Below are positions 28,474-37,757 of a stretch of DNA of 64,000 nucleotides, in pieces. Source of the stretch: an archaeon (GTDB taxonomy: Archaea > Iainarchaeota > Iainarchaeia > Iainarchaeales > CSSED10-239); the NCBI GenBank assembly GCA_035390665.1, contig DAOOUC010000004.1, positions 13,480-77,479 of the forward strand. Direction: 5' to 3'. The position numbers and the translations under genes are program-made. The notes under the pieces were generated by a model. It was not told where the DNA came from, did not search any database, and saw only the letters and a program-made list of their open reading frames with translations. Position 1 is the stretch's first letter, and each line of letters starts with the position of its first letter.

Positions 28474-28644
28474 TTATAATCCGAATGCAAATTTTGCAAT
28501 TAAAATTAAAACAGCAACAGCTATTGCAAAACCTATAACCATTTCTGGGGTTAATGCTGGACCAGCATTACTTTCTTTAAATTTCATAATACCAATTGCT
28601 GAACTTGGCCCTTGAGTTGTATTTTTTGAATAGTTCATTTTCAT
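28474..28644 (-). CDS. secG: preprotein translocase subunit Sec61beta (archaeal SecG)
   Basis: 56-aa ORF below the track cutoff: MKMNYSKNTTQGPSSAIGIMKFKESNAGPALTPEMVIGFAIAVAVLILIAKFAFGL; G(I/L)M.F...GP.L.P..V + C-terminal TM is the Sec61beta pattern. Confidence 0.7.
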   Translation of the reverse strand: MKMNYSKNTTQGPSSAIGIMKFKESNAGPALTPEMVIGFAIAVAVLILIAKFAFGL

Positions 28645-28731
28645 ATTTTTTCACAAATTTATACTATTTATATATTATTTATAAAACCAAAAGCATTTTA
28701 TATTAATCTATTTTATATTCTATAGATAGAT

Positions 28732-29649
28732 ATGGACCAAAAACAATCAGAATACAAATGGCTTGTAAGATTAATCTTTCTTGTAGTTATTATTATTATA
28801 TCTGTTTTTATTTTTATTTGGACTGGGACAATAAGATGTAGATCAATTCCTGGTGGCTGTGAAATCTATTGGGGAATAATGACTATAGTTACTGGAAGAA
28901 ATCAACCAAGTGTATTAATTTTACACGACCCTACTGATGAAAAAGGACTGGGAAATCCTGAACTTTTAAGACAATTACTTGCGGATAAAAAAGGGCTTGC
29001 AATACACCCCTCTATTGCAGATATAAGATATCTAAACTCAGAACAATTAAAAGATGTAAGTTTAATTATTGTAGAAAAGGCAAGGAAAATATCTACTCTA
29101 AAACTACTAACTATTCAAAATTATGCAGCACAAGGAGGTAGAATTATATGGATTGGAGATGCTGGAATCAAACCCGACGATGATGATAAATTATATGTCG
29201 GCCCAGGGGTAACTGACACAAATAACGGATGGATTAGACTTACAGACGAAAACATAATTATTTATTTTAATAAATTTATTGGTGTTAATTATAGAAATAA
29301 TTTTTGTGAAATAAGAGATTGCTCAAAGAAAACATTTTCTGGTAAATTAATTACTATATCCCAAGAACACCCTTTAACTTACGGTCTTAGAACAAACTTA
29401 CCAATTTATGATAACTATGCGATAGTCAAATTAACAGAACCTAATCCTGTTCCATTAAAGATAGAATACGGCTCTAACTTATTTGATGAAAATAAAACTA
29501 GCTACGGGGATGTTTTTGATGCAATTGTTACTAGTAATTCTAATTTGGTAGCCTACTATGCAATCCCTCCAGAATATCTTGCAGAAGACAATGATGATGA
29601 AAAATACTATTCTGTAGTTTGGAATATGTTTGATGGGATGGTTAGGTAG
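28732..29649 (+). CDS. membrane-anchored hypothetical protein
   Basis: 305 aa, N-terminal TM, alternating beta-alpha pattern (VLILHD...IIVEKA...GGRIIWIGDAG) faintly flavodoxin/GATase1-like. Confidence 0.5.
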   Translation: MDQKQSEYKWLVRLIFLVVIIIISVFIFIWTGTIRCRSIPGGCEIYWGIMTIVTGRNQPSVLILHDPTDEKGLGNPELLRQLLADKKGLAIHPSIADIRYLNSEQLKDVSLIIVEKARKISTLKLLTIQNYAAQGGRIIWIGDAGIKPDDDDKLYVGPGVTDTNNGWIRLTDENIIIYFNKFIGVNYRNNFCEIRDCSKKTFSGKLITISQEHPLTYGLRTNLPIYDNYAIVKLTEPNPVPLKIEYGSNLFDENKTSYGDVFDAIVTSNSNLVAYYAIPPEYLAEDNDDEKYYSVVWNMFDGMVR

Positions 29650-29651
29650 CT

Positions 29652-30005
29652 ATGACAAAATCTTTTGAAGTTTCTATTGCCATTATTTTATTATTGTCCT
29701 TTGTTTTTTTTGTCTTTGAAATTCGTACATTAGATTACAATAATATAGAAGCCCCAGAATATGTTAAAAATATAATTTTAAATAATGTAAAAGATACTCA
29801 ATTTAGAGAACTTGTAAATAATAAAGATTCAGATAACATATATCAATTGCTATATAATGATATTGATCAAAAATACACTATAAAAGTTTGCGATTATATT
29901 CTAGATGATTGTGTAATTAAAGACATTGGAAATTACAAAAATAAATCTACAATATCATATTATTTTATTGATATCAATAAAACATTATATATATTATTTT
30001 ATTAA
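29652..30005 (+). CDS. small pilin-like protein (class III signal peptide candidate)
   Basis: MTKS|FEVSIAIILLLSFVFFVF: short charged N-terminus, small residue, then hydrophobic helix with E at +2. Confidence 0.5.
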   Translation: MTKSFEVSIAIILLLSFVFFVFEIRTLDYNNIEAPEYVKNIILNNVKDTQFRELVNNKDSDNIYQLLYNDIDQKYTIKVCDYILDDCVIKDIGNYKNKSTISYYFIDINKTLYILFY

Positions 30006-30019
30006 AAGTGTGTAATTAA

Positions 30020-30499
30020 ATGAAGAAAGGATTTACTTATATAATCACAGTTATGATATTAATTATATCTATAACTGGAATAATATTAATAAATAGACCA
30101 AATAAAACAATCACAAATCATAATGCCCAACAACTAATTAATAATTATCAAGAAGAGTTTTTAGTTTTTTCACTAAATGATGTCGCTGATGAAAATACAA
30201 TTACCAGTTATAACACTAGTTTCTCAAATTATGTTAACTCTTATAACTATAATATTGAATTATGCAATATAATTGAATCAGAAGAATATATTTATTTCAG
30301 TAATTTTACGGGAAATGATTGTGATTTATATATTGACGAAGATGTTAACCAGACAATAAACGACAAAACTACAATTAGAATAGATAGATTTATAAACAAT
30401 ACGAATATATATTTATGTAACTGTAATTATCAAAGAGGTAAAAACAGTTATTATATAAATATTTATAATGAAGATATTAAAATAATATATGAAAATTAG
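30020..30499 (+). CDS. small pilin-like protein (class III signal peptide candidate)
   Basis: MKKG|FTYIITVMILIISITGIILI resembles the type IV prepilin KG|FT.IE motif. Confidence 0.55.
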   Translation: MKKGFTYIITVMILIISITGIILINRPNKTITNHNAQQLINNYQEEFLVFSLNDVADENTITSYNTSFSNYVNSYNYNIELCNIIESEEYIYFSNFTGNDCDLYIDEDVNQTINDKTTIRIDRFINNTNIYLCNCNYQRGKNSYYINIYNEDIKIIYEN

Positions 30500-30510
30500 G
30501 GGTAGAAAAT

Positions 30511-30861
30511 ATGGCTGATGTAACAACAATATTAAATAAAATAGAAGAAAAAAGTAATATAGTTATTGCAAAATTAGAACTTTTAAGATTTGCAGAAGAT
30601 GATGCAAGCACAATAAAAAAAGCACTTGATGGAATAAAAAAGAAATTAGATGATGGAGAAATTAGTAAATTCTCATATGCAACAATGCTTGAAATGAATA
30701 AAAAAAGAGCAACAGAAAATACAGGCGTTAAAAAGAAAACCTGGGATGAAATTGCAGAAAATATTAATGATATCAGTGATGCATTAAATGAATTAAAAGA
30801 TATCTATAATGCAAAAACTGACGCAGACGGTTCAGAAGAAATTAAAACTAAAAAGTTATAA
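30511..30861 (+). CDS. hypothetical small coiled-coil protein
   Basis: 116-aa K/E/D-rich helical ORF directly upstream of the pilus ATPase. Confidence 0.5.
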   Translation: MADVTTILNKIEEKSNIVIAKLELLRFAEDDASTIKKALDGIKKKLDDGEISKFSYATMLEMNKKRATENTGVKKKTWDEIAENINDISDALNELKDIYNAKTDADGSEEIKTKKL

Positions 30862-30893
30862 TTTCAATCTTAAATTTGTTTAAAAGATGAGTC

Positions 30894-32894
30894 ATGAATT
30901 TACCAACCCAAGAAGAGGCTTCAAAGCTACTAGAAATAGTTCATAAACTTAAAGATATAGAAAATAGTAGATCTGAAGAAGAAAAAGAACTCATCTCTAA
31001 ATTTTATGATAAAAAAATTACAGATAAAGAATTTCTTAAAATTTTAAAAGACAAGAAATTACTTTCTAATTCTAAGAAAAAAGACGAAGAATTTATTAAA
31101 GAACTAATTACATATAATGATGCTTTAATTAATTTTTCAAAAGAATTAGATATAAATTACAATTTAAAGATTTATTCTAAAAAAAGATCAGAACTAAATA
31201 AATTAATCAATAGTTTATTTTTAGCTAAACCAAAAATGGAAGTCAAAAGACCAGAGAAAAAGACTGTGCCAAAAGTTTCAGAAATACAACCAAAAATCCC
31301 TGAAACGCACCACAATATACTTGAAAATGCTTTTAAATTACTTACAAAAAATAAAAACAAATTTGAAGAACCAATTAAAATTTCAGAACAACCAGCGCCC
31401 GTTTTTGAAGAACCCAAAGAATTACTTCCTGAAAACTATCAAGTATTAATTCCTGGTTTTGCTTATGCTTTTGTTGAAGAAAAGGCCGGATCTAGAAGGT
31501 ATATTGTTGCAGAACCAGAATTAACTTCTGAGGAAAACAAAATTCTAGAAAATACAAAACAAGAACTAATTAACAGAATTTCTTTAATTGATTTAAAAGA
31601 TGAGTCACAATTAATAAAAACCGTTGAAAAAACATTTTCTAAAAATAAATTGGATTCCAATCAAAAATCAAAAATAATCTATTATGTTGTAAGACAAATT
31701 AAAGGATTAGATGCTATTGAACCATTAATGCACGATCCACTTATTGAAGATATTGAATGCGACGGTACAAATATACCAATATTTATTGTTCATAGAAAAT
31801 ATGGACATATAGAAACTAATGTTTTATTTAAAACAGAAAAAGAATTACAACAATTTGTAATAAAAATGGCACATTTAAGTAGAAGTTATGTCTCTTATGC
31901 AAGTCCATTACTTGATGCAATCTTGCCTGATGGTTCTCGTGTCAATGCAACATTAACAAGTAATGTTTCAACAAGAGGGCCTACATTTACTATCAGAAAA
32001 TTCCCACAAAAGCCATTAACTGCTATTGATCTAATAACTAGTGGAACATTAACACCTACGCTTGTGGGTTACATTTGGACAGTAATGGAATTTCAAAAAA
32101 CTGCATTAATTATTGGACCAACTGCTGGTGGTAAAACCACTTTATTAAATGTAATAACTTCTTTTATTCCACCAGGAAGAAGAGTTGTTTCTATCGAAGA
32201 TACTAGAGAAATTAATCTTTTATTAGATAATTGGATACCACAAGTTACAAGACCTGGATTTGGGCCTCCAGATTCTAGTGGTAAGAAATACGGAGAAGTA
32301 ACAATGTTAGACCTAATAAAAGAATCATTCAGACAAAGACCAGACTATCTGATATTAGGTGAAGTTCGTGGAGAAGAAATGTCTGTAATGTTTCAAGGTA
32401 TGGCTTCTGGACACTGTTGTTTATCCACAGTTCACGCAAGAAGTGTTAACGATCTTGTAAACAGATTAATAACCCCACCAATCTCTCTTGAACCATCATT
32501 ATTAACATCTTTAGATCTTGTAATTGTTACTGGTTTTTCTGGGGGAAGTGAAACAAAAAGAACAATTAAAGAATTAGATGAAATATTAGGTTTTAATGTT
32601 AAAGACAATAAGATTGAATTTAATGCAGTATACAGTGCAATAGATAAGAAGAAACCTGTAAAGAAAGAAGGAGATTTATTTACAACAGATCTTCCAATTA
32701 CTTATAAAAGTGAAATATTAAAGAAGGTTGCAAAAGAATATAACATTAATATTAATACTATTTTAGAAGTTATTAACAAAAGAATTGCATTTATTGAAGA
32801 ATTAACTAAAAACCCACCTAAAGACTATATTGAATTTAAACTTGCAATAAATAAATTTAAAAGTACAGAAGAAGAATTAAAAGAAGTTACCTAA
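30894..32894 (+). CDS. type IV pilus/archaellum-type secretion ATPase (FlaI/PilB/VirB11 superfamily) with ~200-aa K/E-rich N-terminal extension
   Basis: Walker A GPTAGGKTT, Asp box VSIEDTREI, Walker B DYLILGEVRGEE, His box CLSTVHA. Confidence 0.9.
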   Translation: MNLPTQEEASKLLEIVHKLKDIENSRSEEEKELISKFYDKKITDKEFLKILKDKKLLSNSKKKDEEFIKELITYNDALINFSKELDINYNLKIYSKKRSELNKLINSLFLAKPKMEVKRPEKKTVPKVSEIQPKIPETHHNILENAFKLLTKNKNKFEEPIKISEQPAPVFEEPKELLPENYQVLIPGFAYAFVEEKAGSRRYIVAEPELTSEENKILENTKQELINRISLIDLKDESQLIKTVEKTFSKNKLDSNQKSKIIYYVVRQIKGLDAIEPLMHDPLIEDIECDGTNIPIFIVHRKYGHIETNVLFKTEKELQQFVIKMAHLSRSYVSYASPLLDAILPDGSRVNATLTSNVSTRGPTFTIRKFPQKPLTAIDLITSGTLTPTLVGYIWTVMEFQKTALIIGPTAGGKTTLLNVITSFIPPGRRVVSIEDTREINLLLDNWIPQVTRPGFGPPDSSGKKYGEVTMLDLIKESFRQRPDYLILGEVRGEEMSVMFQGMASGHCCLSTVHARSVNDLVNRLITPPISLEPSLLTSLDLVIVTGFSGGSETKRTIKELDEILGFNVKDNKIEFNAVYSAIDKKKPVKKEGDLFTTDLPITYKSEILKKVAKEYNININTILEVINKRIAFIEELTKNPPKDYIEFKLAINKFKSTEEELKEVT

Positions 32895-34191
32895 ATGGAT
32901 CTCTTTTATTTAATAAATATTCTGGGTCTGTTGAATCTTCTTTTGATTTTTTGTTTTTTTTCTTGGGGGATGATAATTTTTTAAATAAAAATATTATTGC
33001 AATTAACAAAAATAATCCAACTACAACAAAAATTAAATAAGTATAATCTGTTGCTTGCTCTATTTCAATTACTCCTGCTTTACTTATCTTTTTTACTTGA
33101 CTTTTTGCCAATGTTATTTTTGGTAATGCTTCTGTATATTTTCCCTTATTATATAATTCCAATATTTGATTATAATTTTGACTTAATTCTGTTATTGTTT
33201 TCTTATCTTTCCAATAATTTATATTATTCTCACTTAACATTGTATTAATTGCATTATTAAGATTATCTTTTAATTCTGAATCATAAGAATATAGGGCGGT
33301 TTTTGCTAAATAAAAATCCTGTCTTGCTTTTATTTTAGATGCAAATTGATCTATTGTACTATTTGGTCCTGTTCTTTCAAATTCGGATACAATTTCTTGA
33401 TAAAATTGACTTGTACTAGACAAATATTCAGAAATTGTTGAAATTTCTGAAGATAGATTAGATGGTGCTTCAATATAGCTTAAAATTAATCGTTTTGTTG
33501 TTTCATCTAGTGTTTTATCTGCTACAACAACCTCAATTATGTTGTTTATAGAGTCTTTGTAATTAACAGATTCTGAAATTAGTTTATTATATCCAGAAAA
33601 TGACGTTTTATACAACTGTAATATAGAATCCACTTTTTTACAATCTGCTGTATCTAAAAACACTGTTTGTTCTTTTTGTAATTTTACTAAATTTTTATAA
33701 AGAACATCTAATTGTGAAATTAAAGAATCAACCTTTGATTTAGTTTCTGTGGTTCTTTGATTTATTGTAGTTGAATAATTGGATTTGATAATTCCGTCAT
33801 ATTTTGCACTTTTTGATTTTAATATGGTATTTAGATTATCTATTCTATCTAATAATTGCTGAGAAAGATAATTATTTCCTGATTTTGTATTTATTTGTCT
33901 ATAAAGTTGTGCTGTTCTTAGAACATTTTTAGTGTTTTCGTTTGTTTGGTATAATACATTACCATTATTTGATTCTACTGGAATAAAGAAATTTAATGCC
34001 CCTTTTCCATCTACAATTCCAATCATATAATATTCATTAGAATCGCATTTTACATAATAAAAAGAAGAATCAATGAATTCATTAGATTGCATATATTCTT
34101 TTGCAACATCTTGTGCATTATATAATGATATACCATTAACCATTGGTAAAATAAAAATAATAAATATAAATATAAATTTTAAATTTTTCAT
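32887..34191 (-). CDS. secreted helical protein with C-terminal TM and basic cytoplasmic tail
   Basis: Signal-like N-terminus MKNLKFIFIFIIFILPMVNG, long helical ectodomain, TM YLIFVVVGLFLLIAIIFLF then KKLSSPKKKNKKSK. Confidence 0.55.
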   Translation of the reverse strand: MKNLKFIFIFIIFILPMVNGISLYNAQDVAKEYMQSNEFIDSSFYYVKCDSNEYYMIGIVDGKGALNFFIPVESNNGNVLYQTNENTKNVLRTAQLYRQINTKSGNNYLSQQLLDRIDNLNTILKSKSAKYDGIIKSNYSTTINQRTTETKSKVDSLISQLDVLYKNLVKLQKEQTVFLDTADCKKVDSILQLYKTSFSGYNKLISESVNYKDSINNIIEVVVADKTLDETTKRLILSYIEAPSNLSSEISTISEYLSSTSQFYQEIVSEFERTGPNSTIDQFASKIKARQDFYLAKTALYSYDSELKDNLNNAINTMLSENNINYWKDKKTITELSQNYNQILELYNKGKYTEALPKITLAKSQVKKISKAGVIEIEQATDYTYLIFVVVGLFLLIAIIFLFKKLSSPKKKNKKSKEDSTDPEYLLNKRDPFR

Positions 34192-34193
34192 GA

Positions 34194-35153
34194 TTATCCT
34201 TTCTCTTCAAATATTTTATTAAATATGGATACAAATAATGCATATACTAAAAATATAATACTTAGATAAGTATAAATAAAAGAAGACAAAAAAAGCATAA
34301 AGATTATAGCAAAGAAATTTTCAATTAAAATCATAATAGGTATGCTTTTTATTGTATCCATTACTTTAATTTTTACTTCTGTAGAATTAAGATTAGGATA
34401 CAATTCTTCTATTTCTGAATTTGTTTTATTTTCTAGTGATTTATCATACAAATCATTTAAATATTCAGTAAATGCAATAGATTCTCGGTCTGTTTTTTTT
34501 TCTAGTGACTTAAATTGATTAGATGATTTTAGGTGCTCTAGGTTAGCTTTTGTACACTGCGCACTTATTGTATATGATGTACCAATCCAAGGTCCTAAAT
34601 CATCTGCAACAAATAATCCTACCATTCCCGCTTCCATTTTTTCTGCATTTTCTTTTTGGTGTGGTAATATATAGAATGTGCCTGCTAAAAAAACAGCAAT
34701 CAAGATAAACATTGTTAATTTTGATAATTGAGAACTTGATAGCTCATATAAATTTTTATATCCTTCTTGTGCTTTGTTTCTTACTAATACTGAAATAATT
34801 CCATGAGCAATAAAATAAAGCACTAAAAATATAATAAAAAATAAATTTGGCTTAAATAAAATCAAAGAAATTATTAAAACTAAAAATAAAGAAATGACTA
34901 GTAATTTTATACTTTCCATTATTTCTGAATTTATTGCCATAGATATTATGATTATTGAAGTTAATGGAAAGAAAATTAAAAACAATAGAAAATTCAAAGT
35001 AAATATGGAGTTAAAAACTGAAATCAAATCAAATACAATTAATGTATCCATTGTTAATTTAGATGAAATTAAAAAATAGATCCAAAAAAGTGTAGAAAAG
35101 ACAATTAAAGATATCTTAATAATATTCTTTGTCTTAAATAATTCTTCACTCAT
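34194..35153 (-). CDS. polytopic membrane protein, unknown function
   Basis: 319 aa, ~7-8 TM with one ~90-aa soluble loop; start ATG overlaps map stop (ATGA). Confidence 0.55.
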   Translation of the reverse strand: MSEELFKTKNIIKISLIVFSTLFWIYFLISSKLTMDTLIVFDLISVFNSIFTLNFLLFLIFFPLTSIIIISMAINSEIMESIKLLVISLFLVLIISLILFKPNLFFIIFLVLYFIAHGIISVLVRNKAQEGYKNLYELSSSQLSKLTMFILIAVFLAGTFYILPHQKENAEKMEAGMVGLFVADDLGPWIGTSYTISAQCTKANLEHLKSSNQFKSLEKKTDRESIAFTEYLNDLYDKSLENKTNSEIEELYPNLNSTEVKIKVMDTIKSIPIMILIENFFAIIFMLFLSSFIYTYLSIIFLVYALFVSIFNKIFEEKG

Positions 35154-36067
35154 AATATCTCATCAATTTCTACAAAATCAATTGCTTCTTTGTCATTAAC
35201 AAAAAATGTTGTTTCTGCTTGGGAAACTAATGACCCTGGTTTGTCTATTAAAACCGGATATGCTGCAATTATTTGTGCTTTTAATAGCTCTCTTATTGCA
35301 ACCTTTCTTTCAAAAGAAGACATTCCTTTTCCAATCCAGAATTCTGAAAATGCAAGACCATCAAAAGTTTTTATTTCTTCTAAAAGCTTTCTTGCATTTG
35401 GATTTCTTATTGGATATTCTTCTTCAAATTTAAAAATATAAACTTGATTTCCTTCTGTTACATAACCACTTCCGGTTGTTACAAATGGTTCTACTGCAAA
35501 CCAAGAATCTATATCTTTAAAGTAAATATCTAGATTGTTTTTTACATTTGGAATAGACGGATAATTGTGTGTAGTATATCTTGTTATTGTGTGCCCTGTT
35601 AGATTTGAGACAGGTTTAAAGTTATAAGATATAATTTTATTCTCTATAATTTCTCCAAGTTTTGAAATTTTTGCAGTTTTTGGATTTTTAAAAAGATAGT
35701 CTTTTGCAGAAAGTAAAGCCTCAATACTTGCTTCTCTTAATTTCTCATTTTCTTTTTTAAAAACAAATGTTTGAGATGAGTCTGTGATATATCCTTCAAT
35801 TGATACACCTACATCTACCTTTAAAACATCGCTTTCTTTAACAAGCACTTGCTCTTCAGGATTATAACTATTATGTGCTGCTTCTTGATTTATTGAGAGA
35901 TTTACTGGCCAAGCAGGAACTCCTCCTGCTTCTCTGATAAATGTTTCAATCTTTGTTCCTATCTCTAAAAAACTTACACCTGGTTTAACTATTTTTTTTG
36001 CAAGCTTTTGTGCTTTATTATTAATTATTCCTGATTTTTTTAAAATTTCTATTTCTTCTGCTTCCAT
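35150..36067 (-). CDS. map: methionine aminopeptidase, type 2 (archaeal)
   Basis: 305 aa; pita-bread fold motifs NQEAAH, VLKVDVGVSIEGYITDSS, HTITRY, AQAETTF. Confidence 0.85.
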   Translation of the reverse strand: MEAEEIEILKKSGIINNKAQKLAKKIVKPGVSFLEIGTKIETFIREAGGVPAWPVNLSINQEAAHNSYNPEEQVLVKESDVLKVDVGVSIEGYITDSSQTFVFKKENEKLREASIEALLSAKDYLFKNPKTAKISKLGEIIENKIISYNFKPVSNLTGHTITRYTTHNYPSIPNVKNNLDIYFKDIDSWFAVEPFVTTGSGYVTEGNQVYIFKFEEEYPIRNPNARKLLEEIKTFDGLAFSEFWIGKGMSSFERKVAIRELLKAQIIAAYPVLIDKPGSLVSQAETTFFVNDKEAIDFVEIDEIL

Positions 36068-36074
36068 AACTCAA

Positions 36075-36539
36075 TCATTTCTTTTTACTTATAAAAAACA
36101 AAACTAAGATTCCTGCAACTAAACCTAAAGCAATAGGCATATCAGGAACAGGAGTTTTTCTTTGCCCTTTTGAAACAGTTATCCATTTTTGCATCATGTT
36201 GTTTGAAGGGTTATTATCAGAATTTAATATAATTGCTCTAATTAAATGTGGAGAATTTGAGGCATTGCTATCTGTTACTATAATTGTGTGAACTTTTTTA
36301 AATGTAGAATTTGCATTAACGTCTATATCTTCTAGATTATCTTCTCTTATAATTGCTCCAGAAGGAGAATAAAAATAAACATTTAAATCTAAATCTTCTG
36401 TGTTTGTTGAATTGTTTACTAAATCAATTTCTATAGAAATATTTTTATCTTCATAAGCAACTTTAGGAATAACCAGGTCACTTATATAATAATCCTCTGC
36501 AGAAATAAAACCAAATATTAAAATTAAAAATATAGCCAA
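36075..36539 (-). CDS. secreted CARDB/Ig-like protein with C-terminal TM anchor
   Basis: 154 aa; hydrophobic N-terminus, beta-rich body, C-terminal PVPDMPIALGLVAGILVLFFISKKK; start codon uncertain (TTG listed). Confidence 0.5.
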   Translation of the reverse strand: MAIFLILIFGFISAEDYYISDLVIPKVAYEDKNISIEIDLVNNSTNTEDLDLNVYFYSPSGAIIREDNLEDIDVNANSTFKKVHTIIVTDSNASNSPHLIRAIILNSDNNPSNNMMQKWITVSKGQRKTPVPDMPIALGLVAGILVLFFISKKK

Positions 36540-36642
36540 TAATATTTTTTTTATGATTAATCACCTTATAATATTATATTTATAATAATATAATATATGT
36601 AAGGTTTATAAAAATAGCTAATTTAAAAGAAAAAGAAAAAAA

Positions 36643-37113
36643 TCAGTTGAGTTTAGAATCATACTCTCCTGAATTAAATGCTTTTAGAGCTTCTGCTGGT
36701 GTCTTTCCATCAATATTAACACCAAGGGATCTACAAGTTCCCATAACTTCTCTAATTGCAGTTTTCATGTTTCTTGCATTTAACTGGTTATATTTTGCTT
36801 TTGTTATCTTTAAGATTTTATCAAAAGAAATATCTCCTGCGACGACAGACCCTGCTTTCCCTGATGCGGTCTTTAAATTTAATTCCTTTTTGATTAATGC
36901 GCTTGTTAATGGTGCACCGACTTCTATTGAAAAGCTTTTATCTGTGTTAACATGTACTTTAACTGGCACTTGCATGCCTTCTAAATCTTTTGTTTTATTA
37001 TTTATTTCCTTAACAACATCAACCGTGTTAATCCCAAGTGGCCCTAAAGCTGGACCTAATGGTGGACCTGCGTTTGCTTTTCCTGCATCTACTAAAACTT
37101 TTATTGTTGACAT
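36643..37113 (-). CDS. rpl11: 50S ribosomal protein L11
   Basis: VDAGKANAGPPLGPALGPLGIN signature. Confidence 0.95.
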   Translation of the reverse strand: MSTIKVLVDAGKANAGPPLGPALGPLGINTVDVVKEINNKTKDLEGMQVPVKVHVNTDKSFSIEVGAPLTSALIKKELNLKTASGKAGSVVAGDISFDKILKITKAKYNQLNARNMKTAIREVMGTCRSLGVNIDGKTPAEALKAFNSGEYDSKLN

Positions 37114-37129
37114 ATTTTTTTCACATCCT

Positions 37130-37567
37130 TTAGTTTAATAATTTAATATTTTCTGCTTTCATTGTTATTGGAACTTTAACTGTTGCATCAAATAATTCAA
37201 TAACAACTTCTTCTTTTGCAACATTTACTCTTGTTACTTTTGCTCTTGAGCCTTTAAATGGACCAAGTATTATCTCAACAGTTTGTCCTGGTTTAATTGA
37301 GCTCATTAATGGTCTAGATTCTAATATCCCAGCAATCTCTTTAATGTTGATATTACCTGTAACAATTTGCCCTCCTTTAATGTGAGGAACATTGTGTATA
37401 AGTAACTCCACTGTCTTTTCAGAGTCTGCTTCAATTAAGATATATCCTTTAAGATCTGCCATCTCTACTAAAGAAAAAACAGGAAGTCCGTCTTCTTTTA
37501 TCTTGTGATATAAAATATCTATAACAACCCTTTCTTGACCAACTGTTGTTCTAACTGTAAAAATCAT
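37130..37567 (-). CDS. spt5: transcription elongation factor Spt5 (NusG)
   Basis: 145 aa; NGN domain MIFTVRTTVGQERVV, KOW motif PGQTVEIILGPFKGSRAKV. Confidence 0.9.
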   Translation of the reverse strand: MIFTVRTTVGQERVVIDILYHKIKEDGLPVFSLVEMADLKGYILIEADSEKTVELLIHNVPHIKGGQIVTGNINIKEIAGILESRPLMSSIKPGQTVEIILGPFKGSRAKVTRVNVAKEEVVIELFDATVKVPITMKAENIKLLN

Positions 37568-37743
37568 ATCGCACCACTTATTATATTCATTATAAGTCTT
37601 ACAATAAAGCCAATTACTCCAATAACAACCATTCCAAGACCAACAACTTTTGCCATTGCCCAGAATTCTTTATTGCTTGGCTTTTTTGCAATCAATAATA
37701 TTCTTTTTGAAGATTCAAAAAATTCTTTTAATTTATTTGCCAT
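37564..37743 (-). CDS. secE: preprotein translocase subunit SecE (Sec61gamma)
   Basis: 59-aa ORF below the track cutoff: MANKLKEFFESSKRILLIAKKPSNKEFWAMAKVVGLGMVVIGVIGFIVRLIMNIISGAI; stop TGA overlaps spt5 ATG; conserved position between ftsZ and spt5. Confidence 0.8.
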   Translation of the reverse strand: MANKLKEFFESSKRILLIAKKPSNKEFWAMAKVVGLGMVVIGVIGFIVRLIMNIISGAI

Positions 37744-37757
37744 TTTTTATCATCATT

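Noticed and set aside
34194-35153. The 319-aa polytopic membrane protein as the missing FlaJ/PilC/TadC platform of the pilus-like locus.
   Set aside because: It is on the opposite strand in the map operon. The topology (many closely packed TMs, one late soluble loop) and sequence show no resemblance to the T2SSF helical-bundle-plus-TM repeat. It cannot be supported by eye.
36647-37138. Long antisense ORFs in the track. Examples are 36647..37138 opposite rpl11, 37870..38232 and 37919..38164 opposite ftsZ, 27497..27880 opposite the LamG gene, 39253..39678 opposite the eIF-2B-like gene, 11775..12095, 7057..7428, 50047..50370 and 60387..60827.
   Set aside because: Each lies fully inside a gene on the other strand that has clear family motifs. 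Their translations are low-complexity (S/F/L/I-rich) with no motifs, as expected for mirror frames.
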